A DNA stretch of 46,318 nt from Octopus bimaculoides. Taxonomy: Eukaryota. Made by a program: the position numbers and the translations under genes. Positions 35,676 through 46,318 of the stretch are shown piece by piece (positions within the stretch are counted from its first letter, which is position 1; every line of letters begins with the position of its first letter). Below the pieces are notes generated by a model. It was not told where the DNA came from, did not search any database, and saw only the letters and a program-made list of their open reading frames with translations. The stretch spans positions 53,858,694 to 53,905,011 of the forward strand of contig NC_068991.1 in the NCBI RefSeq assembly GCF_001194135.2. Reading direction: 5' to 3'.

Positions 35676-36639
35676 TGTGTGTGTGGAATGCATTCTACAT
35701 TGATTATTGACATAATATAATACTTTTGACAAATAAACTTTGATCATAATCTAACCTGGCAATATATGATGTGTTGTAACAAGTCGATATTAAATATATG
35801 GAATATGTATGTCCATCCATTTATCAAATGTCAGTTTCTTTATTTAAAATGTCGTTTTTATGACACCAGTATTGTGCATACATATATACATACATACACA
35901 CACACGCACGCAAGCACGCATACATACATACATACATACATACATACAATTGACGGGCTTTCTTATGGTGTCCGTCAACATTGGTCAACTCGAAGCTAAA
36001 GTAGAAGAGATTTGTCCAAGGTGCCACGCCGTGGGATTGAACCCGAAACAACGTTGCTATTAAACCATCCAGGCATATTTGAAAATCTCGATGAGTGCAA
36101 TAATCATTCCGTACCATAAGTGTTTCAGGTGTATACTTATAATTTTGTCACCTTCTGAACTTTTGGTAGGCGGAAGTTGAATTTTCGTAATGTTTTTCAG
36201 ATTTCTTAAGGGGAATCGGTTAACTTAGTATTTTAAGTGAAAGGTGTATATCTTATATTTCGTTTAGTAGAGAGGCTTTTGACAACTGGTTATAGAAAAC
36301 CGTTTGAGAAGTGAATTTACTTATTGTTAGAGTGTGGCTAATGTTACTTGAGACTGTTAATGTGACATGTGATATGTTGTTGCCATAGCGTTACTGATTT
36401 AGCTATTAGCAGTATCAATGACTCTATACTTCTCTAAACAGCTTGGTATAGCTTGTTTCTGGTTAATGTTGAATACAAATGTTGACTTATTTCCTGTTTC
36501 TGTTGGTTTATTTTCTTTATTATTTTCTTGGTTTATTTTCTTTGTTAGCTACTAGATGCTGATTTAGATTTCTTTTGTATTGGCCGACTGTGTCTGCGAC
36601 TGTTTCTAGTTTTTATCTGATTGGCAATTTTAGACGTGT

Positions 36640-36900
36640 TAAAATAGGTTGTATTTTTCAATGTTACATATATGGAAACTCATACAATTATTTTGTTGAA
36701 TATGGAATCCCAATCAATTATGTTGTTGGATGGTATATATACTGCAGTGTCTCTGTTAGTAATTGTGATGTTGTTGATTTCTGTGAATTGTATTTATATT
36801 TCTTTCTAGAAGTGGTTTAACGGGGATTTTTGAAGTTTAAAAAGAATGTTTTTATCTTGTTCCCTGATATGTCTCTTGTGATACATAGTCTGCACCAACT
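36640..36900 (-). mobile_element. Possible decayed PLE GIY-YIG fragment
   Basis: Weak motifs TSK..KPLLERNINTIH and NNIIDWDS. Confidence 0.35.
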
Positions 36901-37637
36901 TCTACCATACGTCATGTATTTTCTTAAAGATATCTTATAACAAGGAATTAAGATTTTTTTTTGTGATGTTCTTATTCCAAATTCATGTCAGTTGTTCTAG
37001 TTCTATAGAAACTGAATGAGACATTCTGACCGGGTTCTTCCAGAATCTGCTTTAGTAGCACTTATAGCACTAAATTGTATTATTACGGTTGAACTTAACA
37101 TTCATATGGAGCAACATATCAATACATTGAAATATCGATCTCTCTACTGTGTTAATCTATAGCAACTAATGCAGTACTTTCCTCACAACTACGTAGACTA
37201 TGTCATAATCATTATTCTGTATTCAGAGAATTATTCTCGCCTTTCATAGAATCTTGTTAGATGGGCTTTCGTAATGAAGAATTCCTGTGGTTTCTGGTTA
37301 ATTTTGACTTATAAAACGTTTGTTTACACGTTGGTAAATTTTTGAACCGAAGACCAAATATGGTGCCGAGCATTCATCTTCAATGTTTAGGTCCTTGTCC
37401 TCAGTTTCATTGAATGTTTTGCTTGCTCAGTGTGAAGAAGGACATCACAAGAACCATGCATCAAGAATTTACCTGCAGTAATAATGGCTTTCTGCAGTTA
37501 TAAGATTGTGAGTTTGCAGCAGATACTTCCTTTCGAGTAAAAGGTTTTGTCGCATTCAAGGCCTCAGCAAGATACCCCCATTGGTCGTCTCCATTCTTTT
37601 GTCCATGTTAATATATACGATTGGTATCATCTCATTG

Positions 37638-37825
37638 TCGGACAAAATGCGTAGTGGCATTTCTTCCGACTTTACGTCCTGAGTTCAAATTACACCAAGG
37701 TTGACTTTGCCTTTCATTCTTTTCAGGGGCGATAAAATAAGTACCAGTTGAACACTGAGGTCTATGTAATCCACTTACTCCCTCCTCCTAAAATTGCTAG
37801 CCTGGTGCCAAAATCTGAAACCAAC
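37638..37825 (+). mobile_element. SINE family D
   Basis: CCTGAGTTCAAATT..GACTTTGCCTTTCAT..GCCAAAATCTGAAACC. Confidence 0.8.
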
Positions 37826-38439
37826 ATTTTGTTATTTATAAATGGAATAATTAAAATTTTAGACGCTAAGAATCTCTAATGATTAAAGTATATTAAACAT
37901 GCATGTATAGGAACATCAAACGAGAATGTAAAGAAAGAAAACCAGTTTAAAGCAGTCGAATATTGAATTACGAATTATTTATTATAACCAAGTATATTAT
38001 CGCTCTGCTGCTGGCAATAGACTTTGTTCAGTTTTATTGCTCCTTTTTACAAGGACATAAGTAAAGGTAGTTGTAAAAATGGAAGTGAAAGTTAGACATA
38101 TTTTGTTTGGTGCAAGAAGCCATATTAACATATACCTTATTGATTTATTGGACAGCAAAGAAGCTGAGGGCTACAGCACCATAAAGATTTTCACTTTATT
38201 TCCTTTATATATCCTATATGTGTTTATGTTTATATCTAATATCTTATAAATATCTTACATCTAATATCTTATAAAATATATTTCCAACGTGAGATTTTCC
38301 AAATTTATGTATCAAAAAAATATTTCATTGCGCTGCTATTACTTTTGTGTGTGTTTTATCATTTATCTCGAGTTTGGATATTATTTGTTATATCTGTATA
38401 TCTAAAAAGTTAATCTTTCTTTCACGTACTTCACTCATT

Positions 38440-38760
38440 AGACTTCGGCTATGCTGGGGCAACACCTTGAATGGTTTAGGCGAACAAATCAACCCCTGTA
38501 CTTAAACGTACTTATTCTCTTAATCTTTAATGCCGAACTGCAAAGTAAACAAACCAGCACCGGTTGTTAAGTGGTGGTGGAAGGGAACACACACACACTT
38601 ATATATGGGCTGCTATACTGTTTCTATCTACCATATTCACTCACCAAGGCATTGGTTGGTCCGGGGTTGTAAAAGAAAACACTTGCCCAAAGTGTCGTGC
38701 GGTGAGACCGAACCCGGAACCACCTGGCTGTCAAGTGAGCTTCTTAACCACACAACTAGG
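38440..38760 (-). mobile_element. SINE family A, diverged
   Basis: Reverse complement similarity. Confidence 0.75.
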
Positions 38761-38863
38761 CCTACAAAAGAAAAGGCAATACCACAGACGAATTATTTCT
38801 TGGCTCAGCTGCAAATACGAGGCAAATCTTTGAGCGAGAGGTCTTAAAGTAAAATGAATTATA

Positions 38864-39617
38864 CGTAGTCTGATCAATAAGTATCCGGACTGTTGCCATA
38901 GTAACGAAGCTAAAGGACGCAGAGTAAAGCCACTTAGCACAGATTGACCTTGAACTCTGCTGTGCATGCGCATTAAGTTTAAACGTTCTAGCTCACTTCC
39001 GTTGTTTACAGCAGTGCTTGGAAGGAAGATGTGTAGCGTGTGATCGTCGCATTGACCATGACAGAGAAAATTGTCATGGTGATACCTGCTCAGAGGCCTA
39101 CGCAAAGTTGCAGAAAGCGTATGGAGAGGAATGTATGAGCAGCACACAAGTGTACGGATGGTTCAGACGTTTCCAAGATGGCCGAAAAAATGGTCGATAT
39201 TGACGAACGATCTGGGAGACCCGAAAACAGCGATGTTTTTCTCAGTTCTGCTGGTTTTGGATCTCCCAGAACGTTCGTCAATATCGACCATTTTTTCGGC
39301 CATCTTGGAAACGTCTGAACCACTCGTACATTTGTGAGCTGCTCATACATTCCTCTCCATACACTTTCTGCAACTTTGCGTAGGCTTCTGAGCAGGTATC
39401 GCCATGACAACTTTCTCTGTCATGGTCAATGCGACGATCACACGCTACACATCTTCCTTCCAAGCACTGCTGTAAACAACGGAAGTGAGCTAGAACGTTT
39501 AAACTTAGTGTGAATGCACAGCAGAGTTCAAGGGCAGTCTTTGCCAAGCGGCTTTACTCTGCGTGCTTTAGCTTCGTTACTATGGCAACAGTCCGGATAC
39601 TTATTGATCAGACCTCG
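38864..39617. mobile_element. 754-bp palindromic non-autonomous mariner: two inverted 5' ends, flanked by TA
   Basis: TIR CGAGGTCTGATCAATAAGTATCCGGACTG at both ends; TA at 38862-38863 and 39618-39619; both arms encode the HTH GDTCSEAYAKLQK.YGEECMS...WFRRFQDGRK. Confidence 0.93.
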
Positions 39618-39855
39618 TATAACTTAGATATTCTATTATTTACATCGTTAAAAGGAAATTATTCTTATAAAAACATTTAACAGAATGACTTAACAATATA
39701 TACAAAGAAAGTTGCTTTAACAAACTTCTGTGATATAGAATTATTTCTCTTTCAATTACAAAACATGAAATTCTTTGATGGATTTATAAAAATATTCTTC
39801 TTAATCTCTTTCAGTTCATTAACAGACTGCTGAGGTCTACGCAAATTGGATAAAG

Positions 39856-40135
39856 ATGGCTTTGAATGACAGTGTAAAGACGATGTTACCTTCATTTGAT
39901 ATATCCACTTCTCATCAAGTAAGACTGGAGGATTCAGCCGTTAACCTTACAGCTCACCACTTAAACACAACAACTTCAACTACTACCAGTACTACATCTA
40001 TTGCCACTTCGGCAATAATAGCATTAACTAACTCCACACTTCTTCCACTGATATCAAGCACAGTTACTCATCTTCGTACATCGACATTATTTGAGAATAT
40101 AACATCAGTACCAGCTTACCTCTGCAGCTCTCCCG
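39856..40135 (+). CDS. Probable first coding exon of a host gene: Ser/Thr-rich, N-glycosylated extracellular N-terminus (class A GPCR-like; identity unknown)
   Basis: Polypyrimidine tract and TTTCAG acceptor at 39814; in-frame stop at 39820 then AAAGATGG Kozak context; 93 open codons with sequons NDS, NLT, NTT, NST, NIT; phase-1 donor CCG|GTCAGT at 40136. Confidence 0.65.
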
Positions 40136-40264
40136 GTCAGTAAATCTCAAATTTATGTGCTTCAAATTTACCAACATAAAAACTATTTTATACATTCTAT
40201 TTGATAAAATTTATCATTTAAAGTTATTAAAATTTATCGAAACCATGTCTAAATCCATAAATTC

Positions 40265-40576
40265 GGAAGGCGCCTACCTTAGAGGTTAGGACACTCAGCG
40301 CACGATCGTAAGTTCGATTCCCGGCGGCGCGTTGTATCCTTGAGCAAGTAACTTTATTTCCCTTTGCTCCAGTCTATTCAGCTGGCAAAAATGATTTATA
40401 CCTGTGATTCAAAAGGACGAGCCTTGTAACAGTCTATGACACGTTGAATCTCTCTGAGAACTACGTTAAGGGTACGCGTGTCTGTGCTCAGCCACTTGCA
40501 CGTTAATTTCTCGAACAAGCTGTTCCGTTGATCAGTTCGACTGGAAACCTCGTCGTTGTAACCGACAGAGTGCCAA
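40265..40576 (+). mobile_element. Chimeric SINE: C-type head and CORE-like domain with a family B 3' tail
   Basis: CCTTGAGCAAG..CTCCAGTCTATTCAGCTGGCAAAAATG followed by the B tail ending GAGTGCCAA. Confidence 0.8.
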
Positions 40577-40682
40577 TTTAAGTTTATCAACCATAACGTA
40601 TTTATTTTTCTCAATACATGCTGCTAGATACGATCGTAAGTACCTGATCGCTGTTTTTCCATTTTTTTTTCTTTTGTTATAG

Positions 40683-40703
40683 AACATATTTTCCTATCAG
40701 ACG
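40683..40703 (+). CDS. Candidate 21-nt symmetric phase-1 microexon (EHIFLSD)
   Basis: CTGAT branch-like site, long T-tract and TAG acceptor at 40681-40682; donor ACG|GTGAGT; stays open in the frame set by the upstream exon (G|AA CAT ATT TTC CTA TCA GAC G|). Confidence 0.6.
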
Positions 40704-40749
40704 GTGAGTCCATAGCCCACACCACTCACCACCCGTCTATATCATGAAT

Positions 40750-41132
40750 TGTTGTTGGCACTCCGTCGCTTACGACGTCGAGGGTTCCAGTTGATCCGAT
40801 CAACGGAACAGCCTGCTCGTGAAATTAACGTGCGAGTGGCTGAGCACTCCACAGACACGTGTACCCTTAACGTAGTTCTCGGGGATATTCAGCGTGACAC
40901 AGTGTGACAAGGCTGACCCTTTGAATTACAGGCACAACAGAAACAGGAAGTAAGAGTGAAAGAAAGTTGTGGTGGAAGAGTACAGCAGGGTTCACCACCA
41001 TCCCCTGCCGGAGCCTCGTGGAGCTTTGGGTGTTTTCTCTCAATAAACACTCACAATGCCCGGTGTGGGAATCGAAACCGCGACCCTATGACCGCGAGTC
41101 CGCTGCCCTAACGAGTGGGCCATTGCGCCTCC
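40750..41132 (-). mobile_element. Full-length SINE family B with 11-bp target-site duplication
   Basis: ATATCATGAAT at 40739-40749 and 41135-41145. Confidence 0.93.
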
Positions 41133-41367
41133 ACATATCATGAATACACATCCTTTAAAGCAGTGTTTCTCAACCTTTCTTTTTTTTTTTAACTTATGAC
41201 TTAAAAAGGAATTAGCTAATCCTATCAAGTGGTGCTATTAAGTTAGGCATGGCCTGGACCAATCTTTGGTCGAACCATATCTAAGTTATTAATCGGATGG
41301 ACCCTCATAATCATTGGATACTTAAAAATCCTTTTATATTTTTATAATTAGATATGAAGAATTGTAA

Positions 41368-41582
41368 GGCGACGAACTGGCAGAATCGTTAGCATACCGG
41401 ACGAAATGCTTAGCGGAATCTCATCCGTCTTTACGTTCTGAGTTCAAATTCCGCTGATGTCGACTTCGCCTTTCGTCCCTTTCGAAGTCGATAAAATAAA
41501 TACCAGTTGAACACTGGGGGTTGATGTAATTGTCTTAAACCCTTCCCCAAACCTGCTGGCCTTATGCCAAAATTTGAAATCA
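41368..41582 (+). mobile_element. SINE family D
   Basis: Head, B-box and CCAAAATTTGAAA tail. Confidence 0.88.
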
Positions 41583-43744
41583 AATATTAAAAAATTGTTA
41601 AAATATTTTGTGCAATGTAAAAGTAAAACCAATTTATTGCAGATAAAATTCAACAACAAAATCTTAGATGGACCCACAAGGATCATATTGACACCTCTTG
41701 AAAAAAAACTGCTCTAAAGGAAGGAGATATTCTCCAGGTAGTCTCGTCCGAATCTGGCAGTATGTATTAAGAATGAATAGATACGAAATTGTTTGGATGC
41801 TCGCCGTCCTGCGTCCCACTCACGAACGTCAAAACCTATCAGTTTCATGCCTATCAAATATTATCATAGCCTTCCTCGATTGTCAACAAACCTCCACAAA
41901 ATTTACGTTGTGTTTATTAAATCTCTTTAATGATACATCAAATAGCTGATGATTTTAGTTCCCATTCACTTGTTACGTAAAAGGAGTTTTTCATGCTGTC
42001 GCTGCCAACGAAAATCATTTTAAAGACAGCCTCAAAAGTGTGTTAACCCCTTTTTTGCTCTTGTTTGTGATGTAAATTAATTGTTAATTTAGATATAATT
42101 AATTTTGGTGGTAACGGTGGGAAAGCACAAGTTTTTTGGGATTTTTTTTTTTCAGAAGAAGAAATAGGTCATTTAAATCAGACCTGATACTTCTATCATT
42201 ATGATAGAAGTATCATAATTATTGAAACATCCAGAAGAGTAAGGCGGTGGCAAAATCGTCAACGCATCAGAGAAAGTATTTTGCCATTTTTCTTCCACTT
42301 CGTTACGTTCTGAGTTGATGTTATCGACTTTTACGCTCCCTTAAGACAGCTGGCCTTGTGCCGAAATTTGAAACGATTATTCTAGAGCAGTAAATCTCAA
42401 TCTCTTCGACATTCTGGTGCACTGAAGATCAAACCAAAAATTATTGGTGCTCTTCGCAAAGAAAGTTTAAAAAAAGAAAAGTATTTTGATGCAAAAAAAA
42501 TTATAGAAAAAATGAAAACTACCGTTCATCTTTGTTTTATTATCAGTTATACGCGTGTGTAATAAATTTATGAACGTCTTTAAGATTCTCAAGCATTAAT
42601 ATGGATTTTTTTTATAAGCCTGAAATTATGTTTTTACAAATCCTCGTCCTACTTAGATACCGTTGAAAAACCAGTGGCCTATAGAAATAACAGAAAAATA
42701 TCAACTACATTTGCAAATAATGCTAATAGCTTAATGTCATTATATAATTGAAAAAGCTGAATTCAAACCTAGCGAGGGAATGAATACTGGTTCAGTATGT
42801 CATTCTAAAGATCAGATTAAACGACCAACGAAAGAATCATTGTGCAAGTTTTCCTTAGAGACGCCATTGACAAAAGAATTAGTCAAATGGTTTTATACTC
42901 TTTTTTTTTTAATCTTTAACTTTCTATATAATGTTATTAGAATTTCTCAGATGGTTGCTACAACAACTGACTCAGTGAAATCTAATATATTGTTGCTGCT
43001 TAGCCTAAGGTTAGTCTTCATCAATGAGCAAAAAGAATTCCAACCATAGCCATCTCCTCNNNNNNNNNNNNNNNNNNNNNNNNNNNNNNNNNNNNNNNNN
43101 NNNNNNNNNNNNNNNNNNNNNNNNNNNNNNNNNNNNNNNNNNNNNNNNNNNNNNNNNNNNNNNNNNNNNNNNNNNNNNNNNNNNNNNNNNNNNNNNNNNN
43201 NNNNNNNNNNNNNNNNNNNNNNNNNNNNNNNNNNNNNNNNNNNNNNNNNNNNNNNNNNNNNNNNNNNNNNNNNNNNNNNNNNNNNNNNNNNNNNNNNNNN
43301 NNNNNNNNNNNNNNNNNNNNNNNNNNNNNNNNNNNNNNNNNNNNNNNNNNNNNNNNNNNNNNNNNNNNNNNNNNNNNNNNNNNNNNNNNNNNNNNNNNNN
43401 NNNNNNNNNNNNNNNNNNNNNNNNNNNNNNNNNNNNNNNNNNNNNNNNNNNNNNNNNNNNNNNNNNNNNNNNNNNNNNNNNNNNNNNNNNNNNNNNNNNN
43501 NNNNNNNNNNNNNNNNNNNNNNNNNNNNNNNNNNNNNNNNNNNNNNNNNNNNNNNNNNNNNNNNNNNNNNNNNNNNNNNNNNNNNNNNNNNNNNNNNNNN
43601 NNNNNNNNNNNNNNNNNNNNNNNNNNNNNNNNNNNNNNNNNNNNNNNNNNNNNNNNNNNNNNNNNNNNNNNNNNNNNNNNNNNNNNNNNNNNNNNNNNNN
43701 NNNNNNNNNNNNNNNNNNNNNNNNNNATGGATTCGTATGTATAG

Positions 43745-44140
43745 TAATCTTTTATCGTTTTATCCATTTCAGTCATTTGACTGCGGCCATGCGGGGCACA
43801 GCCTTGAAAAAAGTTTAATCGAATGACTCGACCCCCACTACTTTTTTAAAGCCTTGTACTTACTTATTCTATCGATATCTTTCTACGGTGACGTAAACAC
43901 ACCAACACCAGTTGTCAAATGATGGTGGGAGACAAACACAGACGCCAGGACACACGTATATATACATGTGTGTGTCTGTGTGTACACGACGAGCTTCTTC
44001 TAGTTTCCGTCTACCAAATCCACTCACAAGGCTTTGGTCGGCCAGTAACTATGATAGAAGACATTTGCTCAAAATGTTACACTGTTTGAATGAACCAGGA
44101 ACCATGTGGTTGAGTAGCAAATTTCTCACCACACAGCCAT
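43745..44140 (-). mobile_element. SINE family A
   Basis: Reverse complement of family A. Confidence 0.82.
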
Positions 44141-44724
44141 ACCTGTGTTTAAATGCCTAATATTTGAATTTCCTCAAGAAAGCTACAAAATAATTATGAT
44201 TCAATAAAAACAATGAGAAGACTTCACCGAATTGAAGTACGCTGTACAAAACCATCGATTATTTTCTCTCATTGAGACTAGTTTAAATATTTATTAGTTA
44301 CTTGCATTCGGTAGTTATTGATTATTCGTGTTCTCTGTAAATAATGTACCATCACCCTATTTTAATACTCTTCTGCTACTTACTACTTTTATAACATCGA
44401 CTTGTACTTTACTTTTACGTTTATACTATCTCACGAAACTCAAGGCAGTTAGTTTTTTATTTATTTATTTGTATTCACTGGCTTTAGACATAGTTTAATC
44501 ATTTTGTTTTTGTCTTTTTATTCGTATAATAAGTTATGTTTGCTACAAAAAATTCATTCTTGTTTCATCTGTAGAATAGTTGCACGGCAACCGATAGATG
44601 CACGGTTTGATTCTCGTCTGGGGGTTACGTATTATTTTAAGGACAATCAGTGGAATAAAAATCGGTAGCGTACTGGATAAAATGCCTTTTGACAATTAGT
44701 TACATTAATATTTATGTTCGGAAA

Positions 44725-45600
44725 GGCGACGAGCTGGTATGCCGGGCGGAATGCTTAACGGTATTTCGTCTGTCTTTACGTTCCGAGTTCAAATTCCGCC
44801 GAGGTCGACTTTACCTTTCATCCTTTCGGGGTCGATAAATTAAGTACCAGTTGCGTACTGGAGTCGATCTAATCCACTGGCCCCCTCTTCCAAAATTTCG
44901 GGCCTTATGCCTAGAGTAGAGAAAGATAAGTACCAGTCGAACCCTGGGGGAAATGTAATCGACCTCCCCCTCACCTGAAATTGCTGGCCTTGTGCCAAAA
45001 TTTAAAATCAATATTTATGTTCGGAAAGTCGGTAAGCTGGCAGAATCGTTAACGCACCAAGCAAAACGCTTAGCGTCATTTCGTCCGTCTTTACGTTCTA
45101 GGTTCAAATGCCGCCGAAGTTGACTTTTCCTTTCATCCTACGGGGTCCGATAAAATAAATACCATTTACTACTTGGGTCGGTGTAATCAACAGAACTTGC
45201 TGTCCATGTGCCAAAATTTGTAACAAATATTCACGTTCGGCCTTCAATTCCATCCAAGACAGATGCAATAAGTAACAGTGAAGTACTAGGGTCGATTGAA
45301 TAGCTATGCTCTCACCCTTGAGAGAATAATTACCTCCAATCAATTAGAGTTAAAATTTATTTTCGCTACTGAGGCGGTGAGCTAGCAGAACTAGCAGAGC
45401 GTCGGAAGTAAATTCTTTCAGTACTTTTTGTCTTTTTTTTTTTTCAGTTCCTTATGTTCTAAGTTCAAATGCTGTTCAGTTCAACTTTGCCTTACATCCC
45501 TACGGAGGGCGATAAAGAAAAGTACCAATCGAGTACTAGAGTCGTATCGCCTAACCCTTTCCTTCAAAACTTGTTGGCCTTGTGTTTAAATAAGAAACCA
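44725..45600 (+). mobile_element. Tandem cluster of at least three SINE family D copies plus extra tail modules
   Basis: Heads near 44725, 45028 and 45373; 19-bp direct repeat AATATTTATGTTCGGAAAG at 44707-44725 and 45010-45028. Confidence 0.85.
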
Positions 45601-46079
45601 TTCTTTCTGTTAATGAAAAGAATAAAAGGTTGAATTCCAGAAACGATTGTCCGCTAGGTTAACTGCATCTAGTTTCGTCTTTCTGCCTACTCACTGGCAG
45701 AATAGCACCAGACAGATACTTTCGACGGTCCAATCGACTCTGCCAATTACTCTACAAATTTAAGGGTTGTGCGTTGCGTTATGACCATTGAGTGGGCTTT
45801 CTAAACATGTAACATAGTTGAAGTCGCATCGCAAATAATACAGGGTGTTCATAAATTATTTTTTACAACTTCCGCAATCTACTGTACCAAAGTTAAGACC
45901 CATCAACCAACTTTCCTCACAACCAATGGAGCCCACATGGAAGTGTTCTGATGTTTCTAATAAAACTATATATTTTTTGCCTACGTTTTCCCATAAACTC
46001 TGCTAGGTTATCCGTATTTTCTTCCTTTTTTTTTGAATTTCTCAAATCGTAAAGGTGAATATATAGACACTCTTTATTC

Positions 46080-46285
46080 TTTCCAATTCTGGCTCAAGGA
46101 CAACAATTTTTGAGGGAAGGAGTTTAGTCGAATACATTGACCCCAGTACTTGGCTGGCGCTCTATTTTATCGGCCCGAAGGGATGAAGGGCAAAGCTGAC
46201 CTCAGCGATGTTTGAAAATAGATCGTAAAGAGCCGGACAAAATACTGCAAAGTATTTCTTCAGACGATTCTGCTAGCTCACCACC

Positions 46286-46286
<1 letters not shown>
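46080..46286 (-). mobile_element. SINE family D, diverged
   Basis: Reverse complement similarity. Confidence 0.75.

Positions 46287-46318
<32 letters not shown>

Noticed and set aside
40628-40635. 8-nt segment between TAG and GTAAGT
   Set aside because: It would leave a 47-nt intron to the next acceptor and shift the frame.
2752-43818. Long ORFs containing X runs or MYVC/HTHT/LSLS repeats
   Set aside because: They run through N-gaps or microsatellites; no coding evidence.
46288-46318. Terminal poly(A) run
   Set aside because: At the window edge next to a minus-strand SINE head; cannot be linked to a processed transcript.
1-46318. CRISPR arrays, rRNA or prokaryotic systems
   Set aside because: No regularly spaced repeat-spacer arrays or rRNA-like sequence seen; the window is eukaryotic.

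Overview
Eukaryotic, AT-rich, gap-ridden window (12 N-runs) made mostly of transposable elements and microsatellites. The tRNA-derived SINE families and simple repeats resemble those of coleoid cephalopods such as Octopus (inference, no search run). Almost all ORFs in the track are artefacts of N-gaps, microsatellites or SINEs. Recognisable content: (i) dozens of copies of at least four modular SINE families, labelled A-D here plus chimeras, several with target-site duplications; (ii) decayed R4/Dong, HERO, RTE, Penelope-like (PLE) and mariner relics; (iii) three fold-back palindromes (14051-14290, 15815-16704, 38864-39617); (iv) minimal hammerhead-ribozyme motifs in PLE termini, including one with an intact core at 15903-15948 lying downstream of a tRNA-like Pol III promoter; (v) the probable start of a plus-strand host gene, with a Ser/Thr-rich exon carrying 5 N-glycosylation sequons (39856-40135, GPCR-N-terminus-like) and an in-frame 21-nt microexon (40683-40703) that sits in the loop of an inverted SINE pair. 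Family and gene assignments come from manual translation and motif recognition and need database confirmation.
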